Positions 19,569-27,396 of a stretch of 40,437 nucleotides of DNA are shown in pieces (position 1 is the first letter of the stretch; each line of letters starts with the position of its first letter). The stretch comes from a virus, in the UHGV virus genome UHGV-0267017. The stretch is one strand, 5' to 3'. The position numbers and the translations under genes are program-made. A model generated the notes under the pieces. It searched no databases and was not told the DNA's origin. It saw only the letters and a program-made list of their open reading frames with translations.

Positions 19569-19806
19569 TAATTGTATCTGGAAAACGTCATGGGGGATAA
19601 AACCAGATACCTCACCGCTTGCGTACCCTGCGGCATTGTCCCGTAATGTACAGGCCTGTCTTATGAAGGATTACACAATACCGGTTAGTCAGCCACCAGG
19701 GTGTGATACCTGGCGGCCGTTGCTTAAATGGGGGAGGATGCTTCCGCCCTCTGGCTTCCGCATGATAGCATATTAGCACTTTTCATCCCAACATGAACCG
19801 ACATTT

Positions 19807-20268
19807 TCAATTTTCCTCAAAAAATCTTTTATTTCTCTGCCAACAGCTGTCCTCCGTAAACTTAACCCGCCTCTTAGGAAACATCCGGTTCATGGCCTGT
19901 GCCACCTTCCACCAAGGCAGGCCATCTATGTAATACAGACGGAACATGGTCCGCACCTCGCTCTTTGGTATGCTCTGTATATATTCCTCCGCCTGGCAGG
20001 TCAGCTCCAGCAGTTCCGCTTCCTTACGTTCCAGGAGCAGCCTGTACCGCTCCCTCAGCCGCTGCTTCCGGTAATGCTCCGGCACGGGGTATCCCGTGAC
20101 CTTAATGCTTCCTATCGTCCCATCCCGCCTTGTCCCCTTCACCGTATCTGATACCTGGTGCGGCTCCTCCAGGAACCTGTCCAGCTTCTGAATCCGTCGC
20201 CTTATGTCCTTTATCTCCTCTTTCATCTCGCAATACTGTATCAGCACCTCCTTGTCCATCGGCATCAC
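19807..20268 (-). CDS. Phage late transcriptional activator, sigma-70 region-4-like (ArpU/RinA-like)
   Basis: 153 aa. The C-terminal RTMFRLYYIDGLPWWKVAQAMN resembles a sigma region-4 HTH. It occupies the classic position upstream of the packaging genes. Confidence 0.45.
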   Translation of the reverse strand: MMPMDKEVLIQYCEMKEEIKDIRRRIQKLDRFLEEPHQVSDTVKGTRRDGTIGSIKVTGYPVPEHYRKQRLRERYRLLLERKEAELLELTCQAEEYIQSIPKSEVRTMFRLYYIDGLPWWKVAQAMNRMFPKRRVKFTEDSCWQRNKRFFEEN

Positions 20269-20532
20269 CTCCTCTTCCGCTTATCCCTAGATACCACAAT
20301 CGGTATTCTGCCCAAATCGTACCCGCATCCCTTCAATACTTGCGTCACCCTGTTCCACTCATCGGCTAGCTCTGACGCGTTCCCGTCCTCCACCCTCGCA
20401 AAGGTATATCACTTTTGGTACAGGATACCCACATCACTGTAATGCTCTATCTGCTGCCGGTGCCGGATACCCAACATTACCATCAGCTCCGCTGCTCTGT
20501 ACCGGCCGTCGTATTGGCCACAATCATACAAG

Positions 20533-20733
20533 TCATAGTACACAGGTCTTGATGCCACGTACAATCACTCCCTTCGGCGGCCGTCGCAGCTCCGGGACCG
20601 GGCACAGGCTGGTGTACATGTAGGCCGGCGCCGTCCGGATGCGCTCCTTGATTGCCTCGTCGGCCTGAGCGGCCAGGGCCTTGCTGCGGTCGATGCGGCT
20701 GACCTTGGACTGCTTACTGCTTTTCTTTCTCAT
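20533..20733 (-). CDS. Small basic hypothetical protein (66 aa)
   Basis: Its start is coupled to the upstream 61-aa ORF by an ATGA overlap (tcat at 20730-20733). The track shows a longer 101-aa frame that I think is an artefactual N-terminal extension. Confidence 0.35.
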   Translation of the reverse strand: MRKKSSKQSKVSRIDRSKALAAQADEAIKERIRTAPAYMYTSLCPVPELRRPPKGVIVRGIKTCVL

Positions 20734-20915
20734 AGACACCACTGCCTCATTACGTCTGTTACCACCTTTAGGAGCTGTACTGCAAGATTCAGTCCTATAT
20801 AAAATCCTGCTCCTACGATGATGCCAAAGCTGTACCATTCAAGTACCTTTTTAATACACTCCTTGCACATCTCCTGATTCTCCTTTCGTATCAAAGTTTC
20901 AGTTTGGTTCATCAT
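20730..20915 (-). CDS. Small membrane protein (61 aa)
   Basis: Hydrophobic segment FGIIVGAGFYIGLNLAVQLL. Overlaps the stop of the 119-aa gene. Confidence 0.35.
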   Translation of the reverse strand: MMNQTETLIRKENQEMCKECIKKVLEWYSFGIIVGAGFYIGLNLAVQLLKVVTDVMRQWCL

Positions 20916-21258
20916 GATATTTCAATGCCTGGCCGCAAGTTGGACAGAAATTATCATCATCCTCAACCACATCTGAATCACATACCGGACAGAGGCACTC
21001 TGCTTCATCACCAGCGGAATAATATGATTGATATGCTGGTGTCCACACCACCATTCTCGGCTCGCTTTTGTCTTTTAAATATTGGACTTCTCCTGGCGTC
21101 AGGCCGGTATCCTCATAGGCTTTCAGCTTTTCTTTCTGTTGCAGCATGATTGCCTTCACCCGTTGCAGTACCGACAACGTAAAAGTATTATCCCGTTCCG
21201 CGTTGGACTTTATTGCAGCATCCAGCTCTATGATGTCTTTTTCAAAATCTCTTTCCAT
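20899..21258 (-). CDS. Hypothetical protein with C-terminal zinc ribbon
   Basis: 119 aa with CLCPVCDSD...FCPTCGQ (CxxC...CxxC). Confidence 0.4.
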   Translation of the reverse strand: MERDFEKDIIELDAAIKSNAERDNTFTLSVLQRVKAIMLQQKEKLKAYEDTGLTPGEVQYLKDKSEPRMVVWTPAYQSYYSAGDEAECLCPVCDSDVVEDDDNFCPTCGQALKYHDEPN

Positions 21259-21290
21259 CCAGGCTCCTTTCTCCGGTTCTCCCAGAAATC

Positions 21291-22946
21291 CTAATTCTGG
21301 TTACAACCTTTTTTCACCTTCTGAATCTCTTTCAGTTTCTCAATCAGCAATGACCGGTTCGTATCGCAATCCCGGAAGAACTTCCCATCCCGCAGCAGAT
21401 AGTACTCATGCCGGCCGTAACCATCATGATATTGGACCTCGTAGCTTCCTGGCGCATATCCATCGAATATCATTGCGTGATACACCTTGACCACCATGCT
21501 GGTGCCGTCCTCCAGGTCATACCGGTAGTACCGTTCCCCGGTCTGTTTCGTCTCAATCCATAACGGCCACGTCTCATATGCATCCACAAAGGCAGCCCGT
21601 TGGTCATTGTTTTTCAGCAAGGGAAGCTCCGGCTGTTCTGGCTTGGGCGGATTCACGATGTCATCCAAATCGCACACATAGCTGGCCAGGGCGCAAACCT
21701 TTATTTTCAGCCGGCGGATGTGTATGTCATTTTCATCCACATCACACTTTAGCCCATCATTAAGCAGCTTTTTGGCACGTTCCAGTTCTTCCTGGGCTAT
21801 CTGCAGTTCTGTCAGGGGTTCCTCCGGGTCCCGGATGTCCTCCTCCGTTTCTGGAATCTCCGTGAATTCACCATCAATCACGGTATCCTGGGATTCCGGC
21901 ATACCAGGGACATCGTTTTCATGTTCTGATGCCTCATCCTCAGCACTTCCCAAGAGGCTGAGTAATTCCTTTACGTACTTCCCCCAGGTCAAGCTCAGAA
22001 ATGTCTCGCACATATTATCCTGGAAATGAATCCGTTCCGGGCCGCATTGATAAAAGCCGTACTCCGTTGACCCGCTGTTATGGGGTTCTCCGTGATTGAT
22101 TATCAACTCCTGCCTCAGCAGTTTCACGTTCCCGTCATTGACGGCCTGCGCACACGGCTTGGACATGTGATGCTGATAGAAGTCCAGAACACATTCCTCC
22201 TGGGAAGGGATGGCTGTTTTTCCCTGTTGCACATCCGCGGCATCCAGCGGCGGACAATCCGGCTCTGTCTTTGGGGGTTCCAGATGCTCCGGGCGCCGCT
22301 GCGAACTATAACATTCCAACTCACAGTCACCGCGCCTGACGCATTCCCAGCAGCACACCCGGCTGCAGTCCTCCCCGGGTCCCGGGATGAGCTTATGGGC
22401 CTCCTCCAGGGTACAGTCAAATTCCGGCCGGTGGATGCACTTCCCGGACTTTTCCGGGCGAAACGGTTCCGGCTCTGGTTCTGTCTGGGATTTCTGGCGG
22501 GGCTCTGGTTCTTGCTCCGGGGTTGCGACGGTCGCAACTTTTTTCTCTTTTTTCGGCTTCAACGCCCGGATGGCTTTGACCGACATATCCGGGGTGACCT
22601 GCTCCTGCAGCCCTTCCTGCATAGGTATCATCTCTATCAGCTGGCTGACATTGTACGACTCATACTGTCCCTCCAGCCTCGGCAGTTCTCCTGGCTCTAC
22701 CGGGATGCCGAATTTATCATACAGGTTGATACACCTGGACGCCCAGGACTTGTCCTTGCCGTATTCATCACCCAAAAACTCGTTAAAGCTGTCATAGCCC
22801 TGTCCCTGCCACAGCTTTTCATCCCGGATGATTTTCAGGTAAAAACCGAAGCCTACAAAACCATTTTTGATATCCTTGTAGGCTATATTGGCCAACCGCC
22901 TGGTATCTATAAAGGTCAATCCCGTTTTCTTAACTTCCTCCATCAC
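21291..22946 (-). CDS. Large multi-domain phage protein: DUF3102-like N-terminus, Cys-rich centre, E/P-rich linkers
   Basis: 551 aa. Overlaps the SNF2 gene stop. Central cluster CIHRPEFDC...CSRVCCWECVRRGDCELECY. Function unknown. Confidence 0.5.
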   Translation of the reverse strand: MMEEVKKTGLTFIDTRRLANIAYKDIKNGFVGFGFYLKIIRDEKLWQGQGYDSFNEFLGDEYGKDKSWASRCINLYDKFGIPVEPGELPRLEGQYESYNVSQLIEMIPMQEGLQEQVTPDMSVKAIRALKPKKEKKVATVATPEQEPEPRQKSQTEPEPEPFRPEKSGKCIHRPEFDCTLEEAHKLIPGPGEDCSRVCCWECVRRGDCELECYSSQRRPEHLEPPKTEPDCPPLDAADVQQGKTAIPSQEECVLDFYQHHMSKPCAQAVNDGNVKLLRQELIINHGEPHNSGSTEYGFYQCGPERIHFQDNMCETFLSLTWGKYVKELLSLLGSAEDEASEHENDVPGMPESQDTVIDGEFTEIPETEEDIRDPEEPLTELQIAQEELERAKKLLNDGLKCDVDENDIHIRRLKIKVCALASYVCDLDDIVNPPKPEQPELPLLKNNDQRAAFVDAYETWPLWIETKQTGERYYRYDLEDGTSMVVKVYHAMIFDGYAPGSYEVQYHDGYGRHEYYLLRDGKFFRDCDTNRSLLIEKLKEIQKVKKGCNQN

Positions 22947-24316
22947 GTTTCCCCTTTCACTTTTGCTATCCTTGCCTTAAGGGCCGCAAGCAGGGAATCC
23001 TGCGTAACCTGCTTATTCTGTAACGCAGCCATGACATCCTCATCCATCCCCCCGGATACAATCAAGTGGTGGATAATAACATTATCCGTCTGTCCCTGCC
23101 TGTGCAGCCTGGCATTTGCCTGTTGATACAGTTCCAGGGACCAGTTGAGGCCAAACCATACGATGATGTTTCCACCCGCCTGGAGGTTGAGTCCGTAAGC
23201 GGCACTTGCCGGATGCGCCAGGAGCACATCTATCTTCCGCTCATTCCACTGGCTGATTACGCCCGGCCCCTTAAGCTCCGCCACCCTAAGTCCCTTCGGA
23301 AGGCATTTCATGATCCGGGCCTTGTCATGCTGGAAGTTGTAGAATACCAGTATCGGTTTCCCCTGGCTGCCTTCCACAATCTCCTTGAATGCCTCCAGCT
23401 TCTCGCCATGGACCTCCACCGCATTCTTGTCATTGTCATACACGGCCCCATTACAGAACTGCAGGAGCTTACCGGAAAGCACCGCTGCTGACCCGGCATC
23501 CAGTGTGGCCTCGTCCACTTCCAGAAGCATCTCACGCTCAAACTTCTCATAGGCCGCCTGCTCCTTGGCGTTTAACCGGACGTGTATGATATTATCGATG
23601 CGCTCCGGAAGCTGCAGGTAATCCTTAGCCTGGAGGCTGATACAGATATCCGCTATCTGCTGTTGGATCGCTTGGTCAGCCCCTGGCAATGGTGCGTATG
23701 AAAAGATGGTGTCCCGGTTCCTGGATGCCGGGGAGAAATATTCATCCCTGTATTGGCCTATCCTTGTCCCCAGCCGCTGTCCCTGGTCAAGCAGGTATAT
23801 CTGTGACCACAGGTCCAGAAGGCCGTTTGGCGCCGGTGTACCGGTCAGCCCATAAATCCGGCGTATGTGGTTCCTCACCAGGCACAGGCTCTTGAAACGC
23901 TTGGCCTGCGGGTTCTTGAAACTGGACAGCTCATCTATGATTACCGTGTCAAACGGCCAGGCGTTGCGGTAATGGTCCACCAGCCACTGCACATTATCTC
24001 GGCTCAGCACATACACATCTCCCGGGGTATTAAGGGCCTTTATCCGCTTTTCCCTGCTGCCCAGCACGGGGATAATCCGAAGCAGTTTCAGATGGTCCCA
24101 CTTCCCGGCCTCTCGGGTCCAGGTATCCTCCGCCACTTTCTTGGGCGCTATCACCAGGGTTTTCCCGACCTCAAAACGGTTATACCGAAGGTCATTGACC
24201 GCGGTCAGGGTAATCACGGTCTTCCCAAGTCCCATATCCAGAAACAGCCCCAAAGCAGGGTCCGTTATCATACGGTTGATGCAGTATCTCTGGTAGTCAT
24301 GCGGTATAAACTTCAT
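22943..24316 (-). CDS. SNF2/DEAD-like helicase
   Basis: 457 aa. Walker A region LDMGLGKT, DEXH-like box VIIDELSSFKN, helicase C-terminal motifs. Confidence 0.85.
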   Translation of the reverse strand: MKFIPHDYQRYCINRMITDPALGLFLDMGLGKTVITLTAVNDLRYNRFEVGKTLVIAPKKVAEDTWTREAGKWDHLKLLRIIPVLGSREKRIKALNTPGDVYVLSRDNVQWLVDHYRNAWPFDTVIIDELSSFKNPQAKRFKSLCLVRNHIRRIYGLTGTPAPNGLLDLWSQIYLLDQGQRLGTRIGQYRDEYFSPASRNRDTIFSYAPLPGADQAIQQQIADICISLQAKDYLQLPERIDNIIHVRLNAKEQAAYEKFEREMLLEVDEATLDAGSAAVLSGKLLQFCNGAVYDNDKNAVEVHGEKLEAFKEIVEGSQGKPILVFYNFQHDKARIMKCLPKGLRVAELKGPGVISQWNERKIDVLLAHPASAAYGLNLQAGGNIIVWFGLNWSLELYQQANARLHRQGQTDNVIIHHLIVSGGMDEDVMAALQNKQVTQDSLLAALKARIAKVKGET

Positions 24317-24669
24317 GGCTGCTCCCGCTTTCTCGATTCCTCAAGGAATTCTTTCAGTTTCCAGTCCTGCCAGGCCGGATCCTTTCCCGCATCTGACGCT
24401 ATGTACATGATTGCCCTGCCTATATCCGGCTCCCGGTCAAGCACACAAGCTGCGCACCCCAGTTCCCTTAGGGCATGTATCCTTTTACTCTGCAGTACTG
24501 TCGCCTTCTTCCCCTCCTGTTTAAGCTCCACGAACCCGATCCGGCCTCCGGGGAGTACCACCAGCCTGTCCGGCACACCGGCATTACCGGGGGAGACAAA
24601 TTTGAATGCGATACCACCACACTTCTTGACTGCTTCCGTGAATTTCTTTTCAAGCTCTTTTTCAAGCAT
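24313..24669 (-). CDS. VRR-NUC domain nuclease
   Basis: 118 aa with a PD-(D/E)xK core (GVPDRLVVLPGGRIGFVELK). Confidence 0.75.
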   Translation of the reverse strand: MLEKELEKKFTEAVKKCGGIAFKFVSPGNAGVPDRLVVLPGGRIGFVELKQEGKKATVLQSKRIHALRELGCAACVLDREPDIGRAIMYIASDAGKDPAWQDWKLKEFLEESRKREQP

Positions 24670-24699
24670 TTTGACGCCTCCTTTTTACCCCTTGGCAAC

Positions 24700-24930
24700 A
24701 ACGGGCTACAGCATTCTATATATATATATACGCGTATGCGGGCGCAGGGGTATTATATATACATTACCCTTTATTTTATATTTTTATATATAAGAATGTT
24801 GCTACTGTTGCTTAAGGGCTTAAGCCTTGAAAATCAAGGGTTTTTACATCAACATTGGATTGTTGCATCCTGTTCCCGTTGTTGCCTTTTACAATTTTTG
24901 GAATGTTGCCGGGCAACAATCTAATCTTGC
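24700..24930. repeat. AT-rich repeat-rich intergenic region; candidate replication origin
   Basis: (TA)8 tract, palindromes ATACGCGTAT, GGCTTAAGCC and CCTTGAaaaTCAAGG, and at least 5 copies of TGTTGC(C) including the inverted pair TGTTGCCgGGCAACA. It sits between the primase-helicase and VRR-NUC genes. Confidence 0.35.
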
Positions 24931-27396
24931 CTCCTGGCTTAAGACATATCCCCTCTGTTTTCCATAGTATGGGCCAAACGGAATGGCTCCGGAGCTCCGT
25001 TCCCATCCAGACAGACCGGATAGTATGCTATTGATTTCGTGGGCATCCGACTTCTTCATCATCTTCAAATCCCCATAAAAGCATTCACACCATATCTCTG
25101 CTGCACACACCCTGTCACGCGGCAAAAGCAGGTTCTCATCATAATCCCGCCCCGCAAAGTTCCAGAACTCTCTCCTGGCTGCCAGGTCCTTCCGGCTCCA
25201 GTCTACCGGTATCTTCCTGCCCAGGAACTCCCGGATGATCCCTTCCTTAGGATTGCTTTCCTTATGCTCCTCCTGCTGGCGTACCGCTTCCTCCGCCACG
25301 GCTCCCTCCAGAAACAGCTTCTCGCCGCACTGCCATCTCATAAAGGCCTCCGCCCAAATCTGGTCCACTTCACCTGGCAGCTGCTCAAACACATTTTTTC
25401 TGCTGGGGATTTTTCCAAGGTCAATCGGCCAGAACCGCCTGTTGCCTGTCTGGTCTTTCAAAAACTCTTTGTCATTGGTTGTTCCTACGATGATGCAGGA
25501 ACGCGGAAATGGCTTCGTCCGCCTTCCGTACGGCTCCCTGTAGACATCTTCTGTTTTACTCATGAATTGTTTGACGGTGTTCATCTCTGACTTATTCATA
25601 CCGGCCAGTTCCCCGGCTTCTATAATCCAGTATCCCTGGATCAGCTCCGCCGCGTCCTTCCCTTCAAAGGTTGCCAGGCTGTCTGAGTACCAGTCCTTGC
25701 CCAGGAATCGGAAGAACGTGCTTTTCCCTACGCCTTGGGCGCCGGACAGTATCAGCATACAATCAAACTTAATCCCGGGCACCATGGCCCTGGCAACGGC
25801 GGCAGCCAGCGTCTTGCGCATGGCATCCCTTGTATAGGTACTGTCCTCCGCCCCAAAATAATCAGTCAGCAGAGTATCAATACGCGGAATACCATCCCAG
25901 ACCAGCCCGGTCAGATATTCCCTTATCTTATGCTGCTTATGGTTTGTCGCATATACAGCCATTGCATCATATATCCTCTCTTTCCCGGTTATCCCGTATA
26001 CTTTCTCTATATAATGCCTGAGCCCTGAGTCATCCTCGTCCGCCCAGGCTCTCAGCTTGTAATTGTCCTTTGGCGCCTCCCAGGGCATGGCCTGTCCAAC
26101 AACCGCCCTGTTCGCGAACTCATCATGCCAGAACCGCCCGTTCAGTTTTGGGTCATGGTTCAGTATAATGAGGACATTGTCGATGGTATTGAGGGGCTGC
26201 CCTGTCCGTGAGCTGCACTTAAGCTCTCCCATCCATTCAAAATCCGGGACTCCCTCTGTCTCCCCCTGGACCGGCTGTGAAAAGTCCTCCTGAGCCTTCC
26301 TGTACCGCTCCAGGGCCATTGCCTTGGATACAGGCTCCTGCTGCAGGGCAAATTCACACATGGCCTTAAATGATGGCAGCTGTGTCACTGGGGTTTCCGG
26401 TTTCGCGTCATAATCCTCCTCGTTGAATTTATGGAGGCGGACCAGGTCGAACGCGTTGCAGAGTTTCCCGCTGGCCGGATCCGTGGCATGGTGGCTGTAC
26501 AGGAAGTTCCCGCCGTCATATAATACGGCGCCGCCCATGGTTGAGCCCTCACTGTATGTATACCGGCCCTCCCCGCAGGGGATGTACGCATCCGGTATAA
26601 ACTGTGCGATGGCTTCCGTCACATCGTACGTCTGGCAGAATGCGCCTACCACCCCCTGCTTTTCAAGCGGGTTACCCTGCTTCTTTGCCGACCGGTCGCG
26701 GAGCTTTGCGGCCCCCGGTACCTCAGGCCATTCCGCCACGTTGCGCCAGTTTTGGTAGAGCCTCAGAACCCCGTCCTTTGACAGGAATGGCTTATCCCCA
26801 TAAAGAAATACATACTCGCTGTCCGCGCTGCAGCTTGGCCAGTACATGAGCCGGACCGGCTCGAACGTGGTCGGGTCAAATATCTGTATCCCCAGGAAAG
26901 CCGCTACTTTCCGGGCTATAGGCTCATATTCATCCGCCGTGCATGCCACGTCCAACGGAAGGATGATGCGCAGCCTGGGGGCCGCGCCCTCATGTTTCCT
27001 TGTGGAATATACAGCATAGGAACACCCCAGTGCCTCCACGGCATTCAGAACTGCCTGTGTCCCTCCTGGGATGATGTTGTCCGCATCCAGTGTAACCAGG
27101 TGCCTGTCACCGGCGTTCTCATTCCTGCGGGCCTCCCCGTTCAGTTCCCCGCCGACAAAGCCTCCGACATCCTTTAATTCATCCTGACGCGCCTTTGTAA
27201 GCCCTTTATACTCCGCAAAGGTTTCACCCGTGCGTTCCGGCCGGGATATCCGTTGGACGAAATCCGACCACAGGAGCTCCTGCCGGTGCCAGGACGTGGC
27301 TTTCCTGCTCGTACCTACTGATATTCTGATTTTCCTGTCATTTACGAACATAAGCCTACTCCTTTTTGTAATAATCTCCTGTGAATCCATCCGCAT
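24889..27396 (-). CDS. Primase-helicase (P4/D5-type, VirE-like N-terminal region)
   Basis: 835 aa. P-loop LILSGAQGVGKSTFF in the C-terminal half. Overlaps the polymerase gene. Confidence 0.85.
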   Translation of the reverse strand: MRMDSQEIITKRSRLMFVNDRKIRISVGTSRKATSWHRQELLWSDFVQRISRPERTGETFAEYKGLTKARQDELKDVGGFVGGELNGEARRNENAGDRHLVTLDADNIIPGGTQAVLNAVEALGCSYAVYSTRKHEGAAPRLRIILPLDVACTADEYEPIARKVAAFLGIQIFDPTTFEPVRLMYWPSCSADSEYVFLYGDKPFLSKDGVLRLYQNWRNVAEWPEVPGAAKLRDRSAKKQGNPLEKQGVVGAFCQTYDVTEAIAQFIPDAYIPCGEGRYTYSEGSTMGGAVLYDGGNFLYSHHATDPASGKLCNAFDLVRLHKFNEEDYDAKPETPVTQLPSFKAMCEFALQQEPVSKAMALERYRKAQEDFSQPVQGETEGVPDFEWMGELKCSSRTGQPLNTIDNVLIILNHDPKLNGRFWHDEFANRAVVGQAMPWEAPKDNYKLRAWADEDDSGLRHYIEKVYGITGKERIYDAMAVYATNHKQHKIREYLTGLVWDGIPRIDTLLTDYFGAEDSTYTRDAMRKTLAAAVARAMVPGIKFDCMLILSGAQGVGKSTFFRFLGKDWYSDSLATFEGKDAAELIQGYWIIEAGELAGMNKSEMNTVKQFMSKTEDVYREPYGRRTKPFPRSCIIVGTTNDKEFLKDQTGNRRFWPIDLGKIPSRKNVFEQLPGEVDQIWAEAFMRWQCGEKLFLEGAVAEEAVRQQEEHKESNPKEGIIREFLGRKIPVDWSRKDLAARREFWNFAGRDYDENLLLPRDRVCAAEIWCECFYGDLKMMKKSDAHEINSILSGLSGWERSSGAIPFGPYYGKQRGYVLSQEARLDCCPATFQKL

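Noticed and set aside
20533-20838. 101-aa version of the small basic protein ORF
   Set aside because: Its N-terminal 35 codons overlap the upstream 61-aa gene in another frame. An internal ATG forms a classic ATGA stop-start overlap at 20730-20733, so the shorter 66-aa gene (20533-20733) is the better model.
21291-22946. Considered calling the 551-aa protein ParB or replication initiator
   Set aside because: No ParB GxRR box or clear initiator motifs. Only a generic N-terminal DNA-binding-like domain, so it is left as hypothetical.
22080-23126. 348-aa plus-strand ORF, plus other long plus-strand ORFs (e.g. 23867-24793 at 308 aa, 4607-5422 at 271 aa, 25039-25590 at 183 aa, 4086-4604 at 172 aa)
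   Set aside because: All lie entirely antisense to strongly supported minus-strand genes (SNF2 helicase, VRR-NUC, primase, tape measure). They have no RBS and their Pro/Arg/Ser-rich translations are typical of the reverse complement of GC-balanced coding sequence. Antisense artefacts.
24716-24790. (TA)n and AT-rich short repeats considered as a possible CRISPR array or microsatellite instability locus
   Set aside because: No repeat-spacer periodicity of CRISPR size and no cas genes. It is a simple dinucleotide tract within an ori-like region.
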